Assembly (NCBI GenBank): GCA_964355545.1
Contig: CAYHEK010000007.1
Span: forward strand, 1-33,236
Direction: 5' to 3'
Origin: an uncultured Thermotogae bacterium
GTDB lineage: Bacteria; Bipolaricaulota; Bipolaricaulia; UBA7950; UBA9294
DNA length: 33,236 bases
How positions within the stretch are numbered: the first letter of the stretch is position 1; every line of letters begins with the position of its first letter. Below the pieces are notes generated by a model. The model had not been told where the DNA came from, made no database searches, and was given only the letters and a program-made list of their open reading frames with translations. Made by a program: the position numbers and the translations under genes. This document shows, in pieces, positions 16,675 to 27,485 of the stretch.

Positions 16675-18145
16675 CCTGTTTGGGCTCGAACAACGGATCG
16701 TCCGGCGATCCCGCACTGTGCGGGGAGCGCGTTTTGCTGGGCTCGCCCTCGCCTTCTCTACCCCCGTTCCGTTGGGAGTCGCGGTTACCCGCTCCTTCGG
16801 GGTCGCCCCCGCCGATCCAGCCCTTCTCACTTGTGCCTTCCTCTTTCCCATCTTCTGCGCTCTGGTCGCCTTCCTCCTTGGCCGTGCGAAGGAGCCCGAC
16901 CTCCCCCGTCTTCTCCTCGCGATCGACCTCGCCCTCACCACGGGAGAACGCTTGAGCTCTCTCCATGAGCTTCGCCGCACGGGCGGAGGCCGGCCGTTTC
17001 GCCGGCGGATCGAGGAGAGGCTCAAGGATCTCCCCCTACACTGGAAGAAGGGACTCCCGTTTGGGTCGGTCTCCCTTCTCTCCCTCGTCGCGGGGGGACT
17101 CGTCCTCGCGGGGACAGGCGCACTCGTCGCGCTCCGTCCCGTCTCGGCGAGCGGCCTCCTCCAGAGCCCCCTCCTCCTTCCCCCGCGGGTCGAGCGGGCG
17201 GCCGAGCGGGCGACGCGGCCCCCGTCAACCGCGCCGACCGTCCTTCCCCAGGAGACGGGCCCCCAAAGCGACACCGCTCCACCCACCGAGGGGATGCCAA
17301 CTCAGGGCCTCGACGACGTCTTGTCCGGCATCTGGGAGAGCCCCGGATCGCAGGGGATCCTCTCTGATGGGCGGGGCACAGATCTGTCAAACCTCGCCGA
17401 AGAGCAGGAGCGCCTCGCTCGCGCGCTCTCCCGTCTTCTCTCCCAGATCGAGGAGCGGCTCAAGGAGGAGTCCGGGCCGCTGACGAAAGAGGAACGAGAG
17501 GCCCTCTCCGATCTTCTCTCCGAGGTCGGCGACGGAACGCTCCGCCAGGCCCTGCGTTCGCTCCTCGCTGAAGAGAGTCCCGAACCGCTCGAGGAAGGCC
17601 TTGAACGAATGCGGAGCCTGAGCCAGGGGGGCGAGGCCGCGCTGGCCGACACGGGGGGGGAGCCGCAGCGAGGGGTCCTTCCGCCCTCGGCGAAGGCCGA
17701 GGAGGGGCAGGTCCCGGCCTGGGAGCCGAGCGCGGGAAACGAGGTGCCGGGATTCGGAGGAAGGGCAGGACCGTCGGCTCAGGCGGAGTCGCAGTCCGAA
17801 TCTGCAGAAGAGGACGAGGCCGCAGGAGGAACGGACGAGTCGGCCGTCGGAGGGAGGGAGAATGCCTCCGTGGGCTCGGGGGCGCCGGTGGGGACCCAAA
17901 GCGGCCGATCCGCGGGGTTCATCCCGGAGGACCTCGCAGGGACGATCGGAGAAAGCGGGGCCTTCCGCGAGTTCATCACCAAGGGGGTTCCCCTCGAGCC
18001 AGTTCCCCAGGCCAACGGCGAGGGGATGCGCCTCGCCCTGGACTACGAGGCGCTGCGCGCCATCCTGGAAGGGCGCGCCCTCTCCCCAACGGCCGAGGAG
18101 ACGGTACGAACGTACTTCCAGACGATCACACAAGGAGGACCATGA
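16667..18145 (+). CDS. Membrane-anchored protein with long acidic low-complexity region, hypothetical
   Basis: GGAGG 16653-16657 then GTG 16667 overlapping upstream stop; N-terminal TMs, E/S/G-rich disordered region, conserved-looking C-terminal 60 aa; stop overlaps moxR ATG. Confidence 0.6.
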   Translation: MFSLFGLEQRIVRRSRTVRGARFAGLALAFSTPVPLGVAVTRSFGVAPADPALLTCAFLFPIFCALVAFLLGRAKEPDLPRLLLAIDLALTTGERLSSLHELRRTGGGRPFRRRIEERLKDLPLHWKKGLPFGSVSLLSLVAGGLVLAGTGALVALRPVSASGLLQSPLLLPPRVERAAERATRPPSTAPTVLPQETGPQSDTAPPTEGMPTQGLDDVLSGIWESPGSQGILSDGRGTDLSNLAEEQERLARALSRLLSQIEERLKEESGPLTKEEREALSDLLSEVGDGTLRQALRSLLAEESPEPLEEGLERMRSLSQGGEAALADTGGEPQRGVLPPSAKAEEGQVPAWEPSAGNEVPGFGGRAGPSAQAESQSESAEEDEAAGGTDESAVGGRENASVGSGAPVGTQSGRSAGFIPEDLAGTIGESGAFREFITKGVPLEPVPQANGEGMRLALDYEALRAILEGRALSPTAEETVRTYFQTITQGGP

Positions 18146-19124
18146 TCACGGAAAGAGACGTTGACCTGGCACAAGAGGCGTTCACACGGCTACGCGAGGC
18201 GATCGGCCAGACGATCGTTGGCCACGAGCGGGTGGTCGAACTGACCTTGATCAGCCTCCTTTCGCGCGGGAACCTCCTCCTCGAAGGGGTCCCGGGATTG
18301 GGGAAGACGCTCCTCGTCCGCGCGCTCGCCTCCGCCCTGGGGCTTCGCTTCTCGCGGATCCAGTTCACCCCCGACCTGATGCCGGCCGACATCCTGGGGA
18401 CGAACCTCATCACCGAGGACGGCGGGAGGCGCGGGTTCACCTACTCCCCTGGCCCCCTCTTCTCGAACCTCGTCCTCGCCGACGAGATCAACCGGGCGAC
18501 GCCGAAGACGCAGTCGGCCCTCCTCGAGGCGATGGAGGAGCGGACCGTCACCGTAGGGAAGACGACGTACCCCCTGGAGGAGCCGTTCATCGTGCTGGCC
18601 ACACAGAACCCGATCGAGATGGAGGGGACCTACCCCCTCCCCGAGGCCCAGGTCGACCGCTTCCTTCTCAAGGCCACCGTTGAGACCCCATCGCTTGCGG
18701 AACTCGTGAAGATCACGGAGCGCAACACGGAGGGGGAGGGACTCACGCTCCCGCAGCCCGTCGCCGGGGCGGCGGAGGTCCTCACCGCGCAGCGCGTGAT
18801 CCGGGAGATCCCCATCGCCGAGGAGCTGCGCCGCTACATCGGCCGCCTCGTCCTGGCCACTCATCCTCGAAACCCGCACGCGCCCACGGCGGTGAAGGAG
18901 TTCGTGGAGTACGGAGCGAGCCCGCGCGCGGCGATCGCGCTCGTCCTCGGCGCGAAGGCCCACGCCTTCCTCGCCGGGGAGCCGAACGTGCGCCGGGCCG
19001 ACATCGAGGTCGTCTTCCTCTCCGCCCTCGTCCACCGCGTGATCCCAAACTTCAAGGGCGAGGCGGAGGGGATCGCCGTCTCGGACCTCCTCGCGCAGGT
19101 CTTTAAAGAGACCCCGGTCGTCTG

Positions 19125-19125
<1 letters not shown>
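18142..19125 (+). CDS. MoxR-family AAA+ ATPase
   Basis: LLEGVPGLGKTLLVRALA Walker A, LADEINRATPKTQSALLEAMEE Walker B/sensor region. Confidence 0.9.
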
Positions 19126-19999
<874 letters not shown>

Positions 20000-20003
<4 letters not shown>

Positions 20004-21781
20004 TCCTCGAGAACCCCTCCGCCCTCTACCTCCTCCTTGCCGCCGCCTTGATTGTGCTCCTCTACTTCCTACGCACTCGCAGCCGACGCCACGACGTCTC
20101 CGCCCTCTTCCTGTGGGAGGGGCTCCCCGACGAGCCACGCTCCCGGGCAGCCCGGATCCGGAGGCGGATCGAGCCGCTCCTCTTCCTCCAGCTCCTCGTC
20201 CTCGCCCTGGTCGCGGTCGGCCTCGCCGGCCCAGCGATGCGCGTCGTGCGGCCTCACCTTAATGCGATGGCGATCGTCCTCGACGGGAGCGCGAGCATGC
20301 GCGGCCGCACCGAGGGGGGAGCGACGCGCTACGATCGAGCGCGCGAGGAGGGCCTCTCGCTCCTTGACCGCTACCCGACGACCCCCGTCGCCCTCCTTGA
20401 GCTCTCGCGGGCGCCGCGGGTCTTGTGCCCACTCGGCGGAGGGCGCGACGAGGCGCGCCGCGCCCTCTCGGCGTCGCAGCCGACCTTCCTCGCCGACGGG
20501 TCGGAGGAGGCGCTCTTCGGACTCCTCGAGAGCCAAGGCGGGGCAAACCGGTTCGATCGCGTGGTCTACCTAAGCGACCATCCTCTCGGATCTTCTCTCT
20601 CCTCCCTTGAGGAGATCCTCCTCCCGCCGGGCGAGAACCGCGCTATCAACGCGTTCAATGCGCGCGAGAACGCCGATCGTTCCGGGTGCACCGCCTTCAT
20701 CCGCCTCAAGAACGACACCCCCTCCTACCAGGAGGTCCGCGTTCGCGTGAGCGACGGATCTCACGCCATCTCGCTCCCCGTCCTCCTCCCGCCGGGCGCG
20801 GAGGAGGAGTACACCCTCCCCTTCCCCGGCTCGCGCGGCCCCACCTTCGTGGCGAGCCTGGAGCCGGCGGACACCTTCCCGGAGGACGACACGCGCTACT
20901 TCGCCCTCTTCGAGCGCCTCGATCGCCGCGTCCGCTGGATCGGGAAGGAGAATCGCTACCTAGAAGCGGCCTTGCGCGCCGCAGGTCCCCTCACTCTCGT
21001 CCCTGCGGACGATCCGTCCCCGGTCGACGTCACGGTCGCCTACGCTACCTCCCTTCCCGCGGAGACGACGGGGAACGTCCTCCTCGTCCACGCCCCCTTG
21101 GAAGGCCTAATCGCGATCGGCGACGATGTGGAGCCGGGCGAGCTCGAGGTCACCGCGGCCGGCGACCCTCTCCTCACCGACCTTGACCCGTTCGACTTCC
21201 GCGTCCGCTCCTCCCCCGCGGTGAGCGCCCCAAAGGACGGCACGACCGTCCTCTCCCTCGGATCCCTTCCGTTCCTCTACCGCCACGAAGAAGAGAGTCG
21301 GAAGGTCGTCCTCATCGCCCCCGACCTCCTCGAGACGAACCTCCCTCTCGCGGTCGACTTCCCCCTCCTCGTGCGGAATATCCTCCACTTCTTCTCGCAC
21401 GAGCCCAGCCAGGCACCCCACGCGTGGAACGTGGTCGGCGAGCCCGTCCCGTTGGAGAAGTACGGAAAGCCGCTCAAGCTCGCGGGTCCGGGTGGAGAGG
21501 AGATCTCTCTTCCGGCCGGTGCGGACGCCTTCATCCCCGAGCTTCCAGGGATCTACACCCTGACCACGGATCGCGGGGTCTTCCCCCTCGCCGCGAACCT
21601 CGCCCCGAGCGAATCCGCGCCGCCGACCGAACGAGCGCAAGGGGAGGGAAGCGCACCGACCCCAGAGACCCGCCAGGCGACCGTCCTTCCTTTGTGGCCG
21701 TACCTCGCGGGGCTCGCGTTCCTCGCCCTCCTCGCTGAGGTCGCCTGCTACCGCGGGGTCGACCTCGGGAGGTGGCGATGA
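20000..21781 (+). CDS. BatA-like protein: aerotolerance-regulator N-terminal TM domain + vWA domain, C-terminal TM
   Basis: GTG 20000 (GTGA overlap), GGAGGGG RBS; two N-terminal TMs, MIDAS LDGSASM. Confidence 0.85.
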
Positions 21782-24279
21782 TTCGCCTCGTCCACCCCCT
21801 GGGCCTCGCTCTCCTCGTCGGCGTCGCGATCTTCCTCTTCCTCGGTCGGCGCCGCACGGTGGAACTCCTCCTGCCTGCCCTTTCCGCTTCCCTGATCGCC
21901 CTGGCCCTTGCCTTTCCCCAGGTAGGGACGAAACGAGCCCAGGAGAGCGTCTACTTCCTCGTCGACCGCTCTATGAGCGTCACGGCGACGGCCGACGCGA
22001 GAGAGATCCAGGACCAACTGGAGGCGATCGTCTCCGCGAACCCCGGTCGTCGCTTCGGTGAGATCGACTTCGCGGGGAAGGCGGCGGTCGTCGCCCCCCT
22101 CGCTAGAGGCGCGACGTCGCTCGGCACAGCCACTCCCGTTCCCCTCGGTGAAGGGACGGACCTCTCCTGTGCCGTAACCCTCGCCCTCGCCACCCTCCCC
22201 GGCGAGGGCGGACGCCAGATCGTGCTTTTAAGCGACGGCCGGATCACGGCGGGCCTTGTCGAAGCGACGAGCGCGGCGAGGCGAGCCGGGGTTTTGATCT
22301 CCACCCTCGCCGTCGGTAAGCCGGCGGCGGACGACGCCGCCCTCGCCCGCCTCGACCTCCCCTCGGTCGTGGACATCCGGCGCCCCTTCACGATCGAGAT
22401 CTCCACACAAGCGAACGAGGCTGGCGAGGCGATCCTCGCCCTCTACCGCGACGAAGAGCTCCTCTTCGCCCGTCCGCTCCTCCTCACAAGCGGGCTCAAC
22501 CCCGCGAGCACAACCGACACCCTTGCCTCCGCCGGCACCCACACCTACCGCGCCGTCATCAAGCGGCCAGGCGACCCGATCCCCGAGAACGACGCCCTCT
22601 CTTCCCTCGTCCAGACGACGGACCGGCCGGGGCTCCTCGTCCTCTCCCCCAAGGAGCCAACCGCGATCGCCTCCCTCCTCCACGCGATCGGAAGGCCTTT
22701 CGCCGTGACCTCCTTCCTTCCTTCCCTGGACGAGCTCGCCCTCTACCGCGAGGTCCTCCTCGCCGGGGTCCGTCTCGGCGACCTCGCGGCGGCGGAGGTC
22801 GCCACCCTGCGCACCTTCACGAGCGAGCTCGGGGGTGGGCTCGTGGCCGTCGAGGGAGCGGAAGAACTGCGCGGCGTCGCCGCAGGGGGGATCGAGGAGC
22901 TCCTGCCCGTCTCGTACACGCTCCCCCAGAAGGGCAGGGAGGCGAGCCTGTGCGTCGTCTACGTCCTCGACCATTCGGGAAGCATGCGCGGGTCGGCCAC
23001 GGGAGCGGTGAAGATCGACGTCCTCAAGGAAGCCGCGGCGGCGAGCGTCAACCTCCTCGACCCGGATGCGCTCGTGGGAGTGATCGTCTTCAACCGTAGC
23101 TTCGAATGGCTCGTCCCCATCCAGCCTGTGGGGGACGGAGCCGCGATCTACGAGGGCCTGCGCGCCCTGGAGGCCGCCGGCGGGACGGACATCTACTACC
23201 CGATCGTCGACGCCCTTGACGCGCTGGAGGCCGTGGACGCGCGGACAAAGCACCTCCTCGTCCTCTCCGATGGGAAGACGGTCGACGAGTACCGCGACTT
23301 CCCTGGGCTCCTCGCCCGCCTGGAAGAAGAAGAGGCGATCACCCTCACCGCGATCGCCATCGGCCCGGACCCAAACCTCCCCCTCCTCGGCGCCCTCGTT
23401 CAAGCCGGACACGGGACCCTCTATGTCGCCACGGACTTCTCCGCCCTGCCCAAGATCTCGATGGAGGCGACCCAACGACTCAGCCGCAGCCGCTTCGTAC
23501 GCGCGACGACGGCCGTGAGCGGCCCCCTCGCCACAGGGGACCTCCTCGAGCTCCCTCCTCTCGGGGGGTACGCCGTCACCTACCCCAAGCCGACCGCGGA
23601 GGTCCTCCTCTTTGCTTTGAACGACCCGATCCTCGCCCGCTGGCGGGTCGGCCTGGGAGAGGTCTCGGTCCTCAACACGGACCTCTCCGGGAACTGGTCC
23701 GCGCAGTGGCTCGCCTGGGAGAAGGCCGGCCTCCTCCTCGACGCGATCCTCACGACGGCGGAGCCGTCCGCGACCGCCTCCTTGGGCCTCTCTCCCTCGG
23801 TCGATGCCACGGACGCGGGGATCGTCGCCCTCGTCGACGCCCGTGGCCCGCGCGGGGAGTTCGCGAGCTTCCTCGACCTCGAGGCAACGCTCCTCCCCGG
23901 CGGAGAGACCCTCCTCATGCGTTCCGTGGGACCGGGCCTCTACGAAGCGTCCTTCCCCTCGCAGCGCGAGGGTGCGTACGCGTTGAAGATCGTCGACCGG
24001 ACCCGAGACGAGAGCGCCGTCCTGCCATTCTCCATCCCCTACCCCGCCGAGTACCGCGCGACCGGAGTCGACGAAGACCTCTTGCGCCGGATCGCCCACG
24101 CCACGGGGGGGCGCCTCCTCAAGGACGAGGTCCTTCCCGACACGAAAGAGAAGGGTCTCGCGGTTCACTACGTGGACATCCACCCTCACCTCCTCCTCGC
24201 CGCCCTTGCGCTCTTCTTCGTCGAGCTTTTGGTCCGCAAGCTCCCCAGAGGGCGAGGCGAGGTGAGCCCAAGCGGGTGA
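21778..24279 (+). CDS. Large membrane protein with two vWA domains (BatB-like)
   Basis: ATG 21778 overlapping stop (ATGA); MIDAS motifs YFLVDRSMSV and VYVLDHSGSM; N- and C-terminal TMs. Confidence 0.8.
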   Translation: MIRLVHPLGLALLVGVAIFLFLGRRRTVELLLPALSASLIALALAFPQVGTKRAQESVYFLVDRSMSVTATADAREIQDQLEAIVSANPGRRFGEIDFAGKAAVVAPLARGATSLGTATPVPLGEGTDLSCAVTLALATLPGEGGRQIVLLSDGRITAGLVEATSAARRAGVLISTLAVGKPAADDAALARLDLPSVVDIRRPFTIEISTQANEAGEAILALYRDEELLFARPLLLTSGLNPASTTDTLASAGTHTYRAVIKRPGDPIPENDALSSLVQTTDRPGLLVLSPKEPTAIASLLHAIGRPFAVTSFLPSLDELALYREVLLAGVRLGDLAAAEVATLRTFTSELGGGLVAVEGAEELRGVAAGGIEELLPVSYTLPQKGREASLCVVYVLDHSGSMRGSATGAVKIDVLKEAAAASVNLLDPDALVGVIVFNRSFEWLVPIQPVGDGAAIYEGLRALEAAGGTDIYYPIVDALDALEAVDARTKHLLVLSDGKTVDEYRDFPGLLARLEEEEAITLTAIAIGPDPNLPLLGALVQAGHGTLYVATDFSALPKISMEATQRLSRSRFVRATTAVSGPLATGDLLELPPLGGYAVTYPKPTAEVLLFALNDPILARWRVGLGEVSVLNTDLSGNWSAQWLAWEKAGLLLDAILTTAEPSATASLGLSPSVDATDAGIVALVDARGPRGEFASFLDLEATLLPGGETLLMRSVGPGLYEASFPSQREGAYALKIVDRTRDESAVLPFSIPYPAEYRATGVDEDLLRRIAHATGGRLLKDEVLPDTKEKGLAVHYVDIHPHLLLAALALFFVELLVRKLPRGRGEVSPSG

Positions 24280-24316
24280 GCGGACCGCGCTCCGGGCGAG
24301 GAGAAAGCCGGCGCGA

Positions 24317-24345
24317 TTGCTCAAGCGGTAGCCGTTCCCTATAAT
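24317..24345 (+). promoter_or_regulatory. Promoter for tRNA-Pro (TTGCTC-17-TATAAT)
   Basis: TTGCTC 24317-24322, consensus TATAAT 24340-24345, tRNA 5' end 24358. Confidence 0.45.
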
Positions 24346-24357
24346 CACGCAAGGAGG

Positions 24358-24434
24358 CGGGGAGTGGCGCAGTCCGGTAGCGCGCCTGCTTTGGGAGCAG
24401 GAAGTCGCTGGTTCAAATCCAGTCTCCCCGACCA
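24358..24434 (+). tRNA. tRNA-Pro (anticodon TGG)
   Basis: 77 nt cloverleaf built by hand: acceptor CGGGGAG/CTCCCCG with C1:G72 and A73 typical of bacterial tRNA-Pro, D-stem GCGC/GCGC, anticodon stem CCTGC/GCAGG with loop TTTGGGA, T-loop GGTTCAAATCC, encoded CCA. Confidence 0.9.
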
Positions 24435-24451
24435 GGAGTGGTGACCCCAAC

Positions 24452-25972
24452 TTGACCGATCGAGCCCCCTACGTCTCCCTCTATCGCCGTTGGCGCCCCC
24501 AGCGTTTCTCGGACGTCGTCGGGCAAGAAGAGGTCGTGCGCACGTTGCGCAACGCCGTGGTCGCGAACGAGGTCGCCCACGCCTACCTCTTCGCCGGAGA
24601 GCGCGGGATCGGGAAGACCTCGGTCGCGCGGATCCTAGCGCGCGCCATCAACTGCCTTGAGCCCCAGGCGGGAGAGCCATGCAACACCTGCGCCAATTGC
24701 CGGACGATCCTCGCCAATCGCTCCCTGGACATCCTGGAGATCGACGGCGCCTCCAACCGCGGCATCGACCACATCCGCCGCCTGCGCGAGGAGGTCAACT
24801 TCTCGCCGACCGACCTAAGAACGAAGGTGTACATCATCGACGAGGTTCACATGCTGACGAACGAGGCGTCGAACGCGCTCCTCAAGACCCTGGAGGAGCC
24901 CCCCCCTCACGCCGTCTTCATCTTCGCGACCACAGAGCCGCACAAGCTCCCGCGCACGATCGTCTCGCGCTGCCAGGCGTTCGACTTCCGCAAGATCCCG
25001 CAGGAGAAGATCGCCTCCCGCCTCGCCGAGATCGCAAAAAGCGAAAAGGTCGAGATCAGCGAAGAGGCGCTCAACCTCCTCGCTCGCAAGGCGAACGGCG
25101 GGATGCGCGACGCGACCGTGATGCTCGAACAGGCGGCAAGCTACAGGGACGGGGAAATCACACCAGAAGGACTTCTTGAGATGCTCGGCCTCGTCGGACG
25201 CGAGGAGAGCGCGGCCTTCCTCGAGGCCCTGGAACGGGGGGATCGCCAGAGCGTCCTTGGCTCAATCGATGCGCTGGTCGAGCGTGGAAAAGACCTCGAA
25301 CTCTTCCTCGCCGACCTCGTGGAGGCCCTGCGCGACCGGATTGCTCGCGGATGCAAGGACGAGGCGCACGACGTCCGACTCGCCCAGGGCCTCCTCCGCG
25401 TCAAGCAGGACCTCTTCCGCTCGCTCGATCGAAGGATCCTTCTCGAAATTGGTATCCTCTCCCTGATGAACGAGGAGACACCTGGGGCACCGCCCCCCGC
25501 CGGGGCGACGCGAGCGGCGCCCGCGGCCCCCATGGAGAAGCAAGAAGAAGAGAAGCGCGGACCACTCCCGAAGGAGAAAGCGAGCGCTCAAGGAGGAACC
25601 TCTCCCGCGCTGCGGTCCGCCCCTCCGGACGAGGGGCCCTTCGCCTCGGCCTGGAAGGAGATCCTCCACGAGATCGAACGGGAGCGCGTGGCGATCGCCG
25701 CCTTCCTCATGGAGGGGAGGCCACGGCTGGAAGAGAACCGGGTCCGGATCGCCTTCCACCCCGAGCACGCCTTCCACAAGGAGAGCCTGGAGAAGACGGC
25801 GAACCTGCAGTACCTGGCGGGGATGGTCCATCGCCACCTCGGAGAAGGGGTGTGCGTGGAGATCGAGTTCGACGACGGGGTCGTGCGAAAGCCTTCGCCC
25901 CGCGAGGCCCTGCTCAAGAAGGCCGAGCTTGTCTGCGAGCTGTTCGACGGAAGGATCGTGAAGGAGGAATGA
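24452..25972 (+). CDS. dnaX: DNA polymerase III subunit gamma/tau
   Basis: YRRWRPQRFSDVVGQEEV, GERGIGKTS Walker A, zinc module CNTCANC; apparent TTG start 24452 (no in-frame ATG upstream). Confidence 0.9.
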   Translation: MTDRAPYVSLYRRWRPQRFSDVVGQEEVVRTLRNAVVANEVAHAYLFAGERGIGKTSVARILARAINCLEPQAGEPCNTCANCRTILANRSLDILEIDGASNRGIDHIRRLREEVNFSPTDLRTKVYIIDEVHMLTNEASNALLKTLEEPPPHAVFIFATTEPHKLPRTIVSRCQAFDFRKIPQEKIASRLAEIAKSEKVEISEEALNLLARKANGGMRDATVMLEQAASYRDGEITPEGLLEMLGLVGREESAAFLEALERGDRQSVLGSIDALVERGKDLELFLADLVEALRDRIARGCKDEAHDVRLAQGLLRVKQDLFRSLDRRILLEIGILSLMNEETPGAPPPAGATRAAPAAPMEKQEEEKRGPLPKEKASAQGGTSPALRSAPPDEGPFASAWKEILHEIERERVAIAAFLMEGRPRLEENRVRIAFHPEHAFHKESLEKTANLQYLAGMVHRHLGEGVCVEIEFDDGVVRKPSPREALLKKAELVCELFDGRIVKEE

Positions 25973-26298
25973 TGCGCGGGATGGCGAACCTGGGAAACCT
26001 GGTGAAGCAGGCGAAGAGACTTCAGGAGGAGCTGGAGAAGACGCAGGCGGAGATCGCGACGATGAAGGTCGAGGCGAGCTCCGGAGGAGGGATGGTCAAG
26101 GCGACCGTCAACGGCCGCGGAGAGCTCGTCGATCTTGTGATCGAGAAGGACGTCGTCGACCCAACGGACGTCGAGATGCTTGTCGACCTCGTGATCGCCG
26201 CGGTCAAGGAGGCGCAGAAGAAGGCCCAGGGCCTCGCCGAGGAGAAGCTCGGCCCTCTCACGCGGGGGATGAACCTCCCCGGGATCCCCGGCCTATGA
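25969..26298 (+). CDS. ybaB: Nucleoid-associated protein YbaB/EbfC
   Basis: MMRGMANLGNLVKQAKRLQEELEK... aligns with E. coli YbaB N-terminus; conserved dnaX-ybaB linkage; ATG overlaps dnaX TGA. Confidence 0.85.
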   Translation: MMRGMANLGNLVKQAKRLQEELEKTQAEIATMKVEASSGGGMVKATVNGRGELVDLVIEKDVVDPTDVEMLVDLVIAAVKEAQKKAQGLAEEKLGPLTRGMNLPGIPGL

Positions 26299-27411
26299 TC
26301 GACCCTCTCCTCTTGGGTCAGGCCGCCCTTCCTTGGGGCATTTGCTGAAGGCCCCCTCTAACCTCTCTAGGGCCTCCAGCTCCTCTCGCTGATTGAGCCG
26401 GGCGCGGCGGATCGCGCGGCCGAGGAGCTCGATCGTCTGGTCGTACGCCCGGCGGTCCACGGGGTAGGGCGTCCCGTCCTTTCCGCCGTGGGCGAAGCTG
26501 TAGCGGGCCGGGTCCGTGAAGCTCGGGGGCTTCCCGTACACAAGCTCGGCGACGAGGGAGAGGGCGCGCAGCGTCTTCGCCCCCACTCCCTCCAACGTAA
26601 GAAGGGCCTCGAATCCCTCGGGCTGCGCGGCGTACGCCTTGAGGAAGATCCGCTCGAGGCGCCGGGGGTCGATGTCGGAAAGAAGGACGGCGTGACGCCG
26701 GGGGAGTTCAAGCTCGCGGAGGTGTGAAAGCTCGGCCGTCACCTCGTCCGGAGGTCGGCAGGCGATCTGTGCGCTCATCGCGCGCGCTCCCTCGCTCTCC
26801 TCCGCCACGAGGTTGAGGGTCGGTCTGCGCGCGTCGCAGCAGATCGCGGCGTGCGGCTCGCACACGAAGTCGGTCACGTTCCGCGAGAGCCAGTGGTAGC
26901 GCCGCGCCATCCGCGTCTCGTCGTTCATCCCCTGCTGGACGACCGCCCAGTTCCCCTCTTTGTTGAAGAAGAAGGCGTGGTGGTAGAGCTGGTAGCCGTC
27001 CTGGACCGCCGCGCTGTCCACCTTCGCCGCGACCCTGCTCGCGTAGACGAGCGCTGCGGCCTCCACCCCGGTCCGTTCTCCCCACGATGCGATCTCCACG
27101 GGCGTCTTGCGCGACGTCGCGCCCTTCCCGCCGGCGACGAAGAGACCGAGCTCCTCCTCCATTCCCCTCACTCCCTCTTTCAGAGCAGCGCAGGTCGTGG
27201 TCGTGAGGCCGCTTGAGTGCCAATCAAACCCAAGGACGCACCCCAGCGCCTGGAACCAGAAGGGGTCTGAGAGGCGTTCCAACAGGCCGTCCGTCCCGTG
27301 CTCGAGGACGACCCCCTGCGCGATCTCGCTGGCGAGCCGCGTCATGCGGAGAAAGAGCCATCGCGGCGCGCTCCCGAAGTGGAGGGGGAGTTCGGCCGAT
27401 CCGGTCTTCAT
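26293..27411 (-). CDS. Conserved hypothetical protein, DUF763-like (family call from memory)
   Basis: Start set at MKTGSAELPLHFGSAPRWLF; ORF-track N-terminal 87 aa extension rejected; TATAGT 6 nt upstream of ATG. Confidence 0.55.
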   Translation of the reverse strand: MKTGSAELPLHFGSAPRWLFLRMTRLASEIAQGVVLEHGTDGLLERLSDPFWFQALGCVLGFDWHSSGLTTTTCAALKEGVRGMEEELGLFVAGGKGATSRKTPVEIASWGERTGVEAAALVYASRVAAKVDSAAVQDGYQLYHHAFFFNKEGNWAVVQQGMNDETRMARRYHWLSRNVTDFVCEPHAAICCDARRPTLNLVAEESEGARAMSAQIACRPPDEVTAELSHLRELELPRRHAVLLSDIDPRRLERIFLKAYAAQPEGFEALLTLEGVGAKTLRALSLVAELVYGKPPSFTDPARYSFAHGGKDGTPYPVDRRAYDQTIELLGRAIRRARLNQREELEALERLEGAFSKCPKEGRPDPRGEGRS

Positions 27412-27485
27412 GCTCCCACTATACCGCAACCTTCCCCAGATAAGAACTTGCGCCCCGCTGGGTCGCCCCTTATAGTGCCGGTTGG

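Noticed and set aside
22228-24450. 740-aa minus-strand ORF
   Set aside because: It is antisense to the double-vWA gene and runs through tRNA-Pro and its promoter, with a low-complexity R/G/E-rich product.
24995-25060. Possible dnaX programmed frameshift or transcriptional slippage site at GCAAAAAGCGAAAAG
   Set aside because: The A run is only 5 nt and is not in the A_AAA_AAG register. No downstream stem-loop was seen.
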